NCBI GenBank assembly: GCA_965242725.1
Contig: CBDESZ010000005.1
Coordinates: forward strand, 64,001 to 128,000
Direction: 5' to 3'
DNA: 64,000 nucleotides
Source of the DNA: Alkalispirochaeta sp.
GTDB taxonomy: Bacteria; Spirochaetota; Spirochaetia; DSM-27196; Alkalispirochaetaceae
Below the pieces are notes generated by a model that did not search any database, was not told the origin of the DNA, and saw nothing but the letters and a program-made list of their open reading frames with translations. This document shows positions 51,257 through 60,278 of this stretch, one piece after another. Both the position numbers and the translations under genes were made by a program. How positions within the stretch are numbered: position 1 is the stretch's first letter; each line of letters begins with the position of its first letter.

Positions 51257-53227
51257 CTATACCTTCTCGCGGATGATTGGATGTCGAATGGTGACGTCCG
51301 TGCCTCTATTCTCACTGCTGACGACGGTAATCCCATACTCGTCGCCATATGTCAGACTTATCCTATCGTTTACATTATAAAGGGCAAACGCCGTCCGATC
51401 GGGTTCGTGATTGACGTGAGACAACCCCTGGCTGATCTGGGCCAGTTCCGCGGCCGGTATGCCTACACCGTCGTCGGCCACCGTGAGCTCAAGCACGTCG
51501 GCGTTCTCCGCGATATTCACGCGAATGGTACCGGATCCCGATTTCTCCTTTATGCCGTGATAGATGGCGTTTTCCACCAGAGGTTGGAGGATCATCTTTT
51601 GAACCTGTAGTCCCGTAAGGTTCTCCGGGCACTCTACCGAGAAATCGAACTTCTCCTCATATCTAAGCTTCTGAATCGTCAGGTAACTCCTGACGTGATC
51701 GATCTCGTCACCCAGCGAAATCATCTCCCTGCCCTGGCTCAGGGCGATCCTGAATAGCCGCGTCAGCGCCATCACGGCCTCCGCGATCTGGTCGTGCCCC
51801 TTTTCTTCTGCCATCCAGAGAATCGTATCCAGCGTGTTATACAGGAAGTGTGGTTTAATCTGCTGTTGCAGGATCCGCAGCTCCGCTTCATGTTTTGCCT
51901 TCTGCTCCGTGTATACCAGATCCAGCAACGTCTGAATCCGATCCAGCATGGAGTTCAGCCCTTGGCCCAGATCGTCGATCTCGTCCCGGCTATTGCCGTC
52001 GTATCGAACATCCAGATCGCCGTGGCCCGCTCGTTCCATTACTGAACGGAGGTGTAGAACCGGCTTTGAGATTGCCGTGGAGTACACCATTGAAATGACG
52101 ACGGTGAGCGCAATCGTAACCAGCGCGATGATCAATGCAGACATCTGTACAAATCGTACCGGTTGGAGTGCCTCGTCCAGGTAATAGACCCCTATCGTTT
52201 TCCAGCCCATATACGGAGATTCGGCAAAAATGAACCGGTATCCCCGGTTGTCTATCGTCCGTTCCACGATCTGGCTGCTATTGGTGAACCAATCCGGATT
52301 TATCCGGTACACGATCGAATTGACGGGAGCGTATACGATCTCCTCATTCCCGTCGACGATCATATAAAACGCCGACTCACCCCTTGATAGACCCTGGAAC
52401 GAATCCTCCAGGTAGTCCAGGGACAAATCAACCATCAGCACTCCCGCAAACGTCCCAGTTTCCGGATCGTCGATCGACTTAATAACCGACACAATCTCGT
52501 CCGGTCCAATACCGGAGGGATTCCGCAAATTCCGCCCGATCGGCCGTGTGACCAAACTGAAATCGCCGGGAGTCGTGCTTGCCTGGACAAACCAATCCTC
52601 CTGGGGCAGCGGATCGCGCATGATTCGTTCAAGGTCACTGGCGACAAATCTTCCGGACTTTGTGACCGCAATCATCCCCGCTATCTCGGGATGGGAATCC
52701 ATGGTCGCCCGGAAAAGTCGGGTAATCAGTTCAGTTTCGTCATCCGAACCACGAGCGGTCGCCTCAGAAACCTCTGCGTGCATTTCATACATGCCGGCGG
52801 AAACACTGACGGAAGAGGGCTGCCCGGCCTGGTGTTCCGGTCGACTGAGGAAGAACCGGCCTATCATCTCGTCCTGCAGAATCATATCCAGCAGCTTCTC
52901 CTGGTCCCGGATCGTGAGTTCAAGGTTGTGAGTGACCCGTTCCACCATATCCCTGGTGTACCTGGCAGAGAGCTCCGCCACTGAACGGGAATACAGAATC
53001 GGCGCGACGATACCCAGCGTGAGAATAGGGAGGAGAATGATCGTCGAAAAATAAATCAGGACCCGCTCACGGAACCTGGCTTTTGCCATAAACAGAGATT
53101 GTATACCGCGAATTCGCGAGCTGGCAATGTTGGTGATGTAGTCCCTGTGGAGGGGGCTTCGGGTACTCCATGTCGAAAGCCTTCTCCGCCGGCTTCTCGA
53201 TGGATGTGGCTCCGGCGCGATACTCAT
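51257..53227 (-). CDS. Sensor histidine kinase (YesM-like, dCache + HAMP + His_kinase)
   Basis: QQQIKPHFLYNTL, LQPLVENAIYHG, DDGVG; alternative start at 53089. Confidence 0.92.
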   Translation of the reverse strand: MSIAPEPHPSRSRRRRLSTWSTRSPLHRDYITNIASSRIRGIQSLFMAKARFRERVLIYFSTIILLPILTLGIVAPILYSRSVAELSARYTRDMVERVTHNLELTIRDQEKLLDMILQDEMIGRFFLSRPEHQAGQPSSVSVSAGMYEMHAEVSEATARGSDDETELITRLFRATMDSHPEIAGMIAVTKSGRFVASDLERIMRDPLPQEDWFVQASTTPGDFSLVTRPIGRNLRNPSGIGPDEIVSVIKSIDDPETGTFAGVLMVDLSLDYLEDSFQGLSRGESAFYMIVDGNEEIVYAPVNSIVYRINPDWFTNSSQIVERTIDNRGYRFIFAESPYMGWKTIGVYYLDEALQPVRFVQMSALIIALVTIALTVVISMVYSTAISKPVLHLRSVMERAGHGDLDVRYDGNSRDEIDDLGQGLNSMLDRIQTLLDLVYTEQKAKHEAELRILQQQIKPHFLYNTLDTILWMAEEKGHDQIAEAVMALTRLFRIALSQGREMISLGDEIDHVRSYLTIQKLRYEEKFDFSVECPENLTGLQVQKMILQPLVENAIYHGIKEKSGSGTIRVNIAENADVLELTVADDGVGIPAAELAQISQGLSHVNHEPDRTAFALYNVNDRISLTYGDEYGITVVSSENRGTDVTIRHPIIREKV

Positions 53228-53784
53228 TGTTCAATCCGACAACCGATCTTTTTTACGTATGACTTGCCCCCGGGACGGCAAACGGGGGAGTGCATCTGAA
53301 TCTGCGTGGTCAGGTACCTCTTAAGTTCAGCGAAGCACGGAATGGCGCCACCCGGCACGTTGACCCAGCCCGAACTCTTTGCCTCGGCCGGTATCGCACA
53401 TAACTTGCATCGAAGGTCTGATTGCCGGTGATGTTTCCGACCGCCGATTCGATTTCGGGAGTCCAAGGACGGAACAGCACGGACACAATCACCTCCTGAC
53501 GGCCATGACGTATTCCAAGGATGGCTCCGTCAACGGCGCGGGCGACAAACCGGTAGCCAGTCCCGAACCAGGGAAGAAAACGGGAAGCGTCCGTTGATTG
53601 TTCTTTTCGTCTGCTGTGACCCGGAAGAGATGGTTCCGATCTTCGTACCGGTGGACCCCATGGAAATCATGATAGGTGCCGGACGCCGCTCCGAGGAACA
53701 GGCGTGCTTTATTCTGCACGATCTCGGGGAAAATGAGTATCTTTCAAAAGTGTCAAATATAGAAACGAACCGGGAGGAATGTAT

Positions 53785-54474
53785 ATGAAGTTACAACGTT
53801 GGGGTGGTGTAGCCGCTCTCTATCACGGTGCCGCCTACATCTTCGCCATGATTTTCTTCCTCGTACTCGTCGACTACTCAGGCGTCAGCGACGCCGGTGA
53901 GAAAGTTTCCCTGCTCGCCGCGAACACCGGTGCAATGTACGGGATGATGTTCGTCGCCTACATTCTCTTTGGCGTTCTCCTGGTCGTTCTTTCTCTCGCC
54001 CTTCGCCAAAGGCTGCGAAACCAGGCGCCGGCACTTGTAGACGTTGCTACGGTCTTCGGAATCATCTGGGCGACCATCCTCATTGCGGCGGGAATGATAT
54101 TCAACGTCGGAATGCACGCGGTTGTGGAGATGGCCGCGACCAATCCCGATCGAGCCCACGTTGTCTGGACCGTCGTGGAACTCGTTCACGACGGCATCGG
54201 CGGCGGGAGCGAGATCGTCGGAGGTGTCTGGATCCTCTTGCTGAGCATCGCGGCCCTCCGCGTTTCCCGGCCCGAGAGCGGCGCCTCCGATGAAGGTGCG
54301 GTCCTAGTGCGGCCGCTCCCCCGGGCGCTCAACTACCTGGGCGTCGTTATCGGTGCCGCCGGAATCCTCTCCGACATCCCGGGACTCGGCGAGATACTGG
54401 GTATCGTCTTTGGACTGCTCCAGATCGTCTGGTTCTTCTGGCTCGGTTCACACTTGATTAGCCGCGCCGGATAG
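53785..54474 (+). CDS. DUF4386-like membrane protein
   Basis: GGAGG SD, multiple TM segments, 'GGGSEIVGGVW', 'LQIVWF.WLG'. Confidence 0.7.
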   Translation: MKLQRWGGVAALYHGAAYIFAMIFFLVLVDYSGVSDAGEKVSLLAANTGAMYGMMFVAYILFGVLLVVLSLALRQRLRNQAPALVDVATVFGIIWATILIAAGMIFNVGMHAVVEMAATNPDRAHVVWTVVELVHDGIGGGSEIVGGVWILLLSIAALRVSRPESGASDEGAVLVRPLPRALNYLGVVIGAAGILSDIPGLGEILGIVFGLLQIVWFFWLGSHLISRAG

Positions 54475-54547
54475 GGACGCAACGGGCGCGGTAGAACACC
54501 GGATTTCAGACCCATTCCCTCTGTTCTATACTCGTTTGGCCGTACTT

Positions 54548-54673
54548 CACCGCCGCCGCCTCGGTACCGTTAAACCGGTCGTTGCCAATATCCGTAGCGC
54601 ATCGGGCTGGATCGCTTCACCTTGCGCGGATGGAAGAAGGTCGACACGCAATGGAAGCTTTACTGCCTGGTAC
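54548..54673 (+). pseudogene. IS1182-family transposase C-terminal remnant (frameshifted)
   Basis: Two frames join to give RRRLGTVKPVVANIRSA / GLDRFTLRGWKKVDTQWKLYCLV, which resembles the IS1182 DDE C-terminus. Confidence 0.7.
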
Positions 54674-54721
54674 GTTAACTGCGCATCATGAATTGGCCGC
54701 AGTTTCGCTAAGTTGTTATAT
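54673..54721 (-). other. Truncated attC site (R'' ATATAAC present; R' replaced by the IS1182 remnant)
   Basis: Plus-strand GTTATATT at 54715 matches the cassette entry end at 56355; residual AACTGCG/CGCAGTT stem. Confidence 0.5.
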
Positions 54722-54810
54722 TATAAGCGATTAACGCGCCAAAAAATGTTCGGGAGCACCGATTTGTTTTATTGCGTGCAAAACAAAGCACCTCACACTG
54801 TTCAGTCGAC

Positions 54811-55401
54811 TTACTTCTTTAACAAAGCACCCAATGCTACCTGCTGTAGCTTACTAAATGCAGATGGTTCCATTCGTTCATATTCCAAATAGGCAGGGCT
54901 ATATACCATTCCGACACCGAGAACATCGAAATAAACGAGTAAGGTCTCATTACTAACGCTATCTTCGATCTCGCCGGCTCTGCGTCCAGCTTCTATAAAT
55001 GGAACGGCAGTATTCTCGATTGCCGTACGACGAAGCTCCAGAATCTCAGATCGAATTTCCGGGGATTCCGTGCGGAGCCACTCGGTTAACTCGCCGCCAT
55101 AGGCTTGAATCGATCGACTTTTGATATCAAATAGTTCAAACAGCTTGTCTCTATAATTCTTTTCGCTCCCTAAGAGCTTTTCTATCACCGATGCTAACTC
55201 CTGGAAATAGCGGATTATACTTTCCCGGATCAGATCATTCTTGGTTCCGAAATTTTTAAAAACGGTCACTCGAGATGCTCCCGCATTCCGTGCTATTTCT
55301 GTAACACTAACGTTTCTCATGCCATTACGAGCAAACAGTTTGGTCGCCGCTTGTAGAATTTCTTCCCGTTTCTTGAGTCGGCGCGAATCGTGACCATTCA
55401 T
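54811..55401 (-). CDS. TetR/AcrR family regulator (cassette-borne)
   Basis: 'ILQAATKLFARNG...VSVTEIA..AGASRVTVFKNFGTK'. Confidence 0.9.
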   Translation of the reverse strand: MNGHDSRRLKKREEILQAATKLFARNGMRNVSVTEIARNAGASRVTVFKNFGTKNDLIRESIIRYFQELASVIEKLLGSEKNYRDKLFELFDIKSRSIQAYGGELTEWLRTESPEIRSEILELRRTAIENTAVPFIEAGRRAGEIEDSVSNETLLVYFDVLGVGMVYSPAYLEYERMEPSAFSKLQQVALGALLKK

Positions 55402-55521
55402 ATCTATTTCATCTTACCGTTAGTGAAGCACCAAGACGAGGGTAATCACTTGATCCCAACGGAAACTCGTTTTAAAATGTACTATAATCGCTCCGATAGT
55501 TCATATTTATTTGGGGGGCGT

Positions 55522-56316
55522 ATGACGATTTCTCATTTCCTCTACAACGCGTTTACTATAGAGCATCGGAGTTTGCGCATTGCGATTGATCCTGGCGCAG
55601 ATCTATTCCTTTTCCGTTTCAAACCACTTATCCCAACGGACAGTTGGAAATCCTTCACCCATACGTTTGTCACTCACGCAGATCCTGACCACCATTGGTA
55701 CACCGACAAAGTCGCGGCCGCTTCTGGCTCACCGATTATCTGTGGAAGAGGAATGACAAGGACACGTGGAGAGAAAACCTATCTGCTTGGGCCGCGTAGC
55801 CGTGGCTTAGCTTTCGACTACGAACCTCCGTTACTTCATTCTATCTCCGTTGGTGAGACACTCGAAATCACTCCCGAATTATCCGTAACCGGAATCCCCG
55901 CCCGACACGGACCTCTTTCATTCCGGTTTGGACCGTTCAAGAAAACGTTTCGCCCAGGACCCACGGAGCGTATCGGCTACGGGGCGATAGGATTCGTTAT
56001 ACAAATTGAAAACACATCAATCGTGAACTTGGGAGACACCTTATTCTTAGGCGACCAATGGTCGAGTATCAACGAACCGGACGTTCTGATGATTCCTATC
56101 GGAGGCGACTTGATTGGAAATACTATGGGTATTGACGACGCGCTTAAAGTCGTTCGACAAATTCAGCCAAGAATCGTGATCCCCTGTCATTTTAATATCC
56201 CATCCTTTTTCCGGATCAATGGAAACCCAACAGACGTATCCTTGTTCGTTCGCGAAATCGAAGAATCCGGATCGGAATGCCGAATACTCACGAGAGGCGA
56301 ATCTATCGTAATCTAG
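55522..56316 (+). CDS. MBL-fold metallo-hydrolase (cassette-borne)
   Basis: THADPDH, IPARH, LGDT, MIPIGG, PCHF motifs. Confidence 0.85.
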   Translation: MTISHFLYNAFTIEHRSLRIAIDPGADLFLFRFKPLIPTDSWKSFTHTFVTHADPDHHWYTDKVAAASGSPIICGRGMTRTRGEKTYLLGPRSRGLAFDYEPPLLHSISVGETLEITPELSVTGIPARHGPLSFRFGPFKKTFRPGPTERIGYGAIGFVIQIENTSIVNLGDTLFLGDQWSSINEPDVLMIPIGGDLIGNTMGIDDALKVVRQIQPRIVIPCHFNIPSFFRINGNPTDVSLFVREIEESGSECRILTRGESIVI

Positions 56317-56348
56317 ATTCAACGAAAATCAGTTCGCAGTTCACGCGA

Positions 56349-56625
56349 ATATAACGTTCGCGTTAATAGCCGGCTCCGGCCCGCGCGCAAGCGTGGGCAT
56401 GGCACGGAAATTGCGCGTGACATAGAGTAGATAGGGTCCAACAACCGGCGAATCATGGAACAGATCGGATATCGGTCTCCACAAGAAGTCGAAATCGAGT
56501 ACTATCAAGAACATTCAACCTGTCCGTTGAAACCGGGGCGGTTCACGGTTCGGATGTCGATGGGCATTTCCCGATTGTTCTCATGATTTCACCGGCACGC
56601 AGTGCATTCTTATCTAATGTTACGC
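56349..56625 (-). other. Interrupted/hybrid attC site
   Basis: R' GTTATAT at 56355-56349 with a long-type arm, R'' GCGTAAC at 56625-56619, IS3 remnant in between; L boxes do not pair. Confidence 0.6.
56440..56545 (+). pseudogene. IS3-family right-end remnant
   Basis: Translates as NNRRIMEQIGYRSPQEVEIEYY (integrase-core C-terminus) and ends in CCGGGGCGGTTCA, the complement of the TGAACCGCCCCGG IS3/IS51-type terminus. Confidence 0.75.
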
Positions 56626-56930
56626 CGCAAAAGGATATCCTCAATATTCCGTCTTCCGTCAATTACCGCATGGACAAGAATGCGTTCACCATCGATTGTG
56701 TAGAATAATCTCCACGGCGGTATAACGATTTCCCGATATTTCGTGATGTTTTGGCGCTCTAATTCCGGAATCACTCGTCCTGATTCAGGTTGCCGCGTTA
56801 GCTGCTTGACCGACGTATCGATCATGTCGAGGAATGATTTGGCGTGGTGGGTTGAGTGATTATTCAGAATCCACGAAACGATGTCCTCGAGATCGTGTGC
56901 GGCAATGGTCGACCAAATGATCTGAAGCAT
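56610..56930 (-). CDS. Type II TA toxin, RelE/ParE family
   Basis: 'IIWS..A..DLEDI', 'PESGRVIPE', 'YRE....WRLFY', 'VIDGRRN'. Confidence 0.9.
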   Translation of the reverse strand: MLQIIWSTIAAHDLEDIVSWILNNHSTHHAKSFLDMIDTSVKQLTRQPESGRVIPELERQNITKYREIVIPPWRLFYTIDGERILVHAVIDGRRNIEDILLRRNIR

Positions 56931-56945
56931 TGATTGCGTGGCCGT

Positions 56946-57224
56946 CTATGTCTGGGTATTGATCCGATTTCTTACAAACGACATGGCTTCCTCATGAGAC
57001 AACGTATTGTCGCGTTGGAGATCATGTTCGCTTTGAGAGATTAATTTCATAATACCGAGAGCATCTTTCATCTCCTGGAATGAAGCGGTATCGAGCAGGA
57101 CTGCTTTTGCCTCACCATTCTGGGTGATCACGATCGGGTTGTGGGATTCATTCACCTGACGAAGCATTTCTGCGGCATTTGATTTGACATACGAGATGGG
57201 TCGGATATCGGATTGTAGATTCAT
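56946..57224 (-). CDS. Type II TA antitoxin, Phd/YefM family
   Basis: 'IRPISYVKSNAAEML', 'PIVITQNGEAKAVL'. Confidence 0.92.
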   Translation of the reverse strand: MNLQSDIRPISYVKSNAAEMLRQVNESHNPIVITQNGEAKAVLLDTASFQEMKDALGIMKLISQSEHDLQRDNTLSHEEAMSFVRNRINTQT

Positions 57225-57292
57225 CACGTCTCCAGTCCGAATATAGTCACTTATTTAGTCGTCGTGGTCAAGCTTTCGGAAATAAAAGGGCG

Positions 57293-57451
57293 TCGTAACG
57301 TGGAGCTGACGTGCCGGCTTCGTTCCCGAGGCTTCGCCGAGGAATTGGCGGATAATTGCGCGTAACGAGAATACTAAAATACGTTTAATTCATTTCCCCA
57401 AAATCAATTAACGTGAGAAAGAAACGGTCGAATCAAGCGACCATGTTATGT
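57293..57451 (-). other. attC site, 159 bp with AT-rich variable region
   Basis: R'' ACATAAC, R' GTTACGA; arms GCT[T]GATTCG[A]CCG versus GCTGACGTGCCG pair 9/12 once the two extrahelical bases are removed. Confidence 0.7.
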
Positions 57452-57505
57452 CCTGGTGTCGATTTCGTTCGTACGTTTTTTTGAATTCGACCCCACGAAT
57501 GGGTA

Positions 57506-58904
57506 GAGTCCCATAGAGTGGTGTAAAAAGCGGTGGAACTAAACAGCCACCGCGCGTCTCCGGTAAGCTGTGAATCGACCAAAACACACAGCAAGGAGAC
57601 GAACACGGTGACCACTGAAAGCATCGCATTGATGGAGCTGATTGAAAAGCACGGCGACAAGGACTTCCTCAGAGAAATTGGCCAATGGACCCTTCAGCGG
57701 CTTATGGAGTTGGAAGTTGAGCAGCAGGTGGGCGCCGGACCGCACGAGCGGACTGACGATCGGACTACCCATCGTAACGGCTATCGGGATCGAACATTGG
57801 AGACACGAATCGGATCGCTGTCATTGCGAATTCCGAAGCTTCGGTCCGGTAGCTATTTCCCGTCGTTTCTGGACCCCCGGAAGAAGAGTGAGCACGCCCT
57901 CGTCGCGGTTGTCCAGGAGGCGTACATCAACGGCGTCAGCACCCGTAAGGTCGATGATCTGGTTCAGTCGATGGGAATGACCGGGATATCCAAGAGCCAG
58001 GTATCGCGGCTTTGCGCGGAACTGGACGAGCAGGTAAAAACGTTCCTGGAACGTCCTCTCAGCGGGGACTGGGCGTATGTCTGGTTTGACGCGACGTACG
58101 TGAAGTCGCGGAACGATGGACGAGTTGTGAGCCGTGCGATTGTTGTTGCGGTGGGAGTAAGTGCCGAAGGACGCCGTGAAGTGCTCGGAATCGCCGTCGG
58201 ACCGGCTGAGACAGAGGCGTTCTGGATGGAGTTTCTGCGTTCCCTGGTAGCACGAGGACTCTCCGGGGTGCGATTGGTGATCTCCGATGCCCACATCGGG
58301 TTGAAGAACGCCATCAGCCAAGTACTGGGAGCAACCTGGCAACGGTGTCGTGTGCACTTCATGCATCAGCCGCGTACCGCAGGTACGAGGAACGCGGCGA
58401 CAGGAATGCGTTGGCCCACGTACCTCGCAAGCAGCATCAGATGGTCGCCGCAGTGATCCGTACCGCATTCGTTCAAGAGAGCCGAGACGACGCGGTAGCG
58501 CAATGGCGGGAGACGGCCGATCGGCTGAGAGATCGTTTTCCGAAACTGGGAGAGCTCATGGATGACGCTGAGGCCGATGTTCTCGCATTCATGACGTTCC
58601 CGAAAGAACATTGGCGGCAGATATCAAGCACGAACCCGCTGGAACGCATCAACAAGGAGATTAAGCGGCGGACCAACGTTGTCGGCATCTTCCCGAATGA
58701 TGGAGCGATCACCCGTCTGGTAGGAGCTCTGGTGAACGAACAATCGGATGAGTGGCAGGTAACTCGAAAGTATATGAGCCAGGAGAGCTTGCAGAAGGTT
58801 CTCAAACCGGCGTCGGAGCAGCGGATGTTGTCGGCGGAAGGAACGGATATGGTAGCGTAGGCTCAGCTACCGGAGACGAAAAGTTACACCACTTGACGGG
58901 ACGC
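57506..58904 (+). mobile_element. IS256-family insertion sequence
   Basis: Imperfect terminal inverted repeats GAGTCCCATAGAGTGGTGTAA / TTACACCACTTGACGGGACGC flanking a mutator-type transposase; no clean target duplication. Confidence 0.9.
57608..58860 (+). pseudogene. IS256 transposase disrupted by a 38-nt insertion at 58364-58401
   Basis: RNGYR, GVSTRKV, WFDATY, ISDAHIGL, QRCRVHFM | RNALAHVP, STNPLERINKEIKRR; frame changes at the insert. Confidence 0.9.
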
Positions 58905-59100
58905 AACACACGAACGGGTTTCTGATTAAATCGCTCGTATTTCGTTGTATCCGGAGAGAAATATTTCTATCTTTCGAATAACACAGGTACTTATTCTCGC
59001 AGATGTACAAGATTAGGAATAACCGATTTCCAGTAAACGGTATTGGCGGCTCATCCGAAAAAGACATCGGTTAGTCGAAATATGACCAAGGAGGCAATCG

Positions 59101-60072
59101 ATGAAAGTGGTAAGTGTCCCCAAATACGGCTCTCCAGACGGACTTGAGATACGAGAAGTTCCGATTCCTGATCCAAGTTCGGGAGAAGTCTTGGTCAAAC
59201 TATCCGCTGCATCGGTGAATGCCGGCGACTGGCATATTGTTCGGGGTACACCTTGGATCATTCGTTTGATGTTCGGCGTTAACAAACCAAAGATAACGGC
59301 GCTCGGTTCGGACATGGCCGGCATCGTCGAAACAGTTGGTGACGGCGTGACGAAGTTCGTTCCGGGGGATGCGGTGTTTGCATCACTACCAAACTTTGGC
59401 GCGTTTGCAGAGTATGCCCTGGTCTCATCGGACGCTTTGGTGAAAAAACCCACGGGACTCAGCTTCGAAGAGGCTGCAGCTATTCCACTATCCGGCGTGA
59501 CGGCCTTGCAAGGGCTCAGGGACGTAGGCAAGATTACAAAAGATGATCGTGTTCTTATCATCGGCGCGTCGGGCGGCGTTGGTTCTTTTGCCGTCCAGAT
59601 AGCGAAAGCTTTCGGTGCGCGAGTCACAGCCGTTTGCAGTACGACTAAAATACAGATGGTACAATCCCTTGGAGCAGATGAGGTTGTTGACTACAAAGTA
59701 GAAGACGTGACTTTACGTAGAAATGAGTTCGACCTCGTTCTTGATGCCGGCGCATTTCGTTCTATCTTCGACTATAGCGGGTGTCTTTCGAAGACCGGAC
59801 GATACGTCCTCGTAGGAGGTTCCAACGCTCAGTTTTTTCAGGCAATGCTTCTGGGACCGCTGAGATCAAAAAAAACAGGGCAGCGATTCGGTACGATGAC
59901 CATGAAGTCCAACCCCGAAGACTTAGCGTTCCTCACAGGGCTTGTCGACGCGGGGAAGTTACGGTCGATCGTTGGGCAGCGCTTCTCTCTCACCGATGCC
60001 GCTGCGGCAGTGCGTTGCCTCGAAAACGGTTGCTCTACCGGGAAGGTCATCATCACAATCGCAAAAAGTTAA
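59101..60072 (+). CDS. NAD(P)-dependent medium-chain alcohol dehydrogenase/quinone oxidoreductase-like protein (inverted in cassette)
   Basis: AGGAGG SD, GSDMAG, GAFAEY, GASGGVG, LGADEV, GKVII. Confidence 0.9.
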   Translation: MKVVSVPKYGSPDGLEIREVPIPDPSSGEVLVKLSAASVNAGDWHIVRGTPWIIRLMFGVNKPKITALGSDMAGIVETVGDGVTKFVPGDAVFASLPNFGAFAEYALVSSDALVKKPTGLSFEEAAAIPLSGVTALQGLRDVGKITKDDRVLIIGASGGVGSFAVQIAKAFGARVTAVCSTTKIQMVQSLGADEVVDYKVEDVTLRRNEFDLVLDAGAFRSIFDYSGCLSKTGRYVLVGGSNAQFFQAMLLGPLRSKKTGQRFGTMTMKSNPEDLAFLTGLVDAGKLRSIVGQRFSLTDAAAAVRCLENGCSTGKVIITIAKS

Positions 60073-60152
60073 CTCGAAATGTATCAAGATGCATCGATAG
60101 CCGAGTATTCGATACCGCCCGGTTTGAGAAGTTCACAATAAACTCGACCGGA

Positions 60153-60278
60153 ACATAACGACGACATCACCTGCAATCTGCAGCCCGGAGCCGCGTAGCG
60201 GCGGAGGGATTGGCACGTGTTTTTGCGGATGCAAAAACCGTGACAAGAAAAATGTTGTAGTCCACCGAAATGCTATAT
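60153..60278 (-). other. attC site, 126 bp, with variant R'' (ATATAGC)
   Basis: R' GTTATGT; about 95 bp nearly identical to the 62422 site; ATPase stop codon inside R''. Confidence 0.8.

Noticed and set aside
53310..53492. Degenerate IS1182-like fragment ('IESAVGNITGNQTF...KEFGL')
   Set aside because: Similarity is too weak to support without a search.
56400..56414. Perfect sigma-54 consensus TGGCACGGAAATTGC on the plus strand
   Set aside because: It lies in the attC arm, where related sites have the same GGCACG motif with wrong spacing, and it points at no sense gene. Probably coincidental, though antisense transcription of the TA pair is not excluded.
56418..56545. Group II intron 3' end (CTACTCTAT and GAACCGCC on the minus strand) inserted in attC
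   Set aside because: No domain V hairpin or RT gene; GAACCGCC is better explained as the IS3 terminal repeat.
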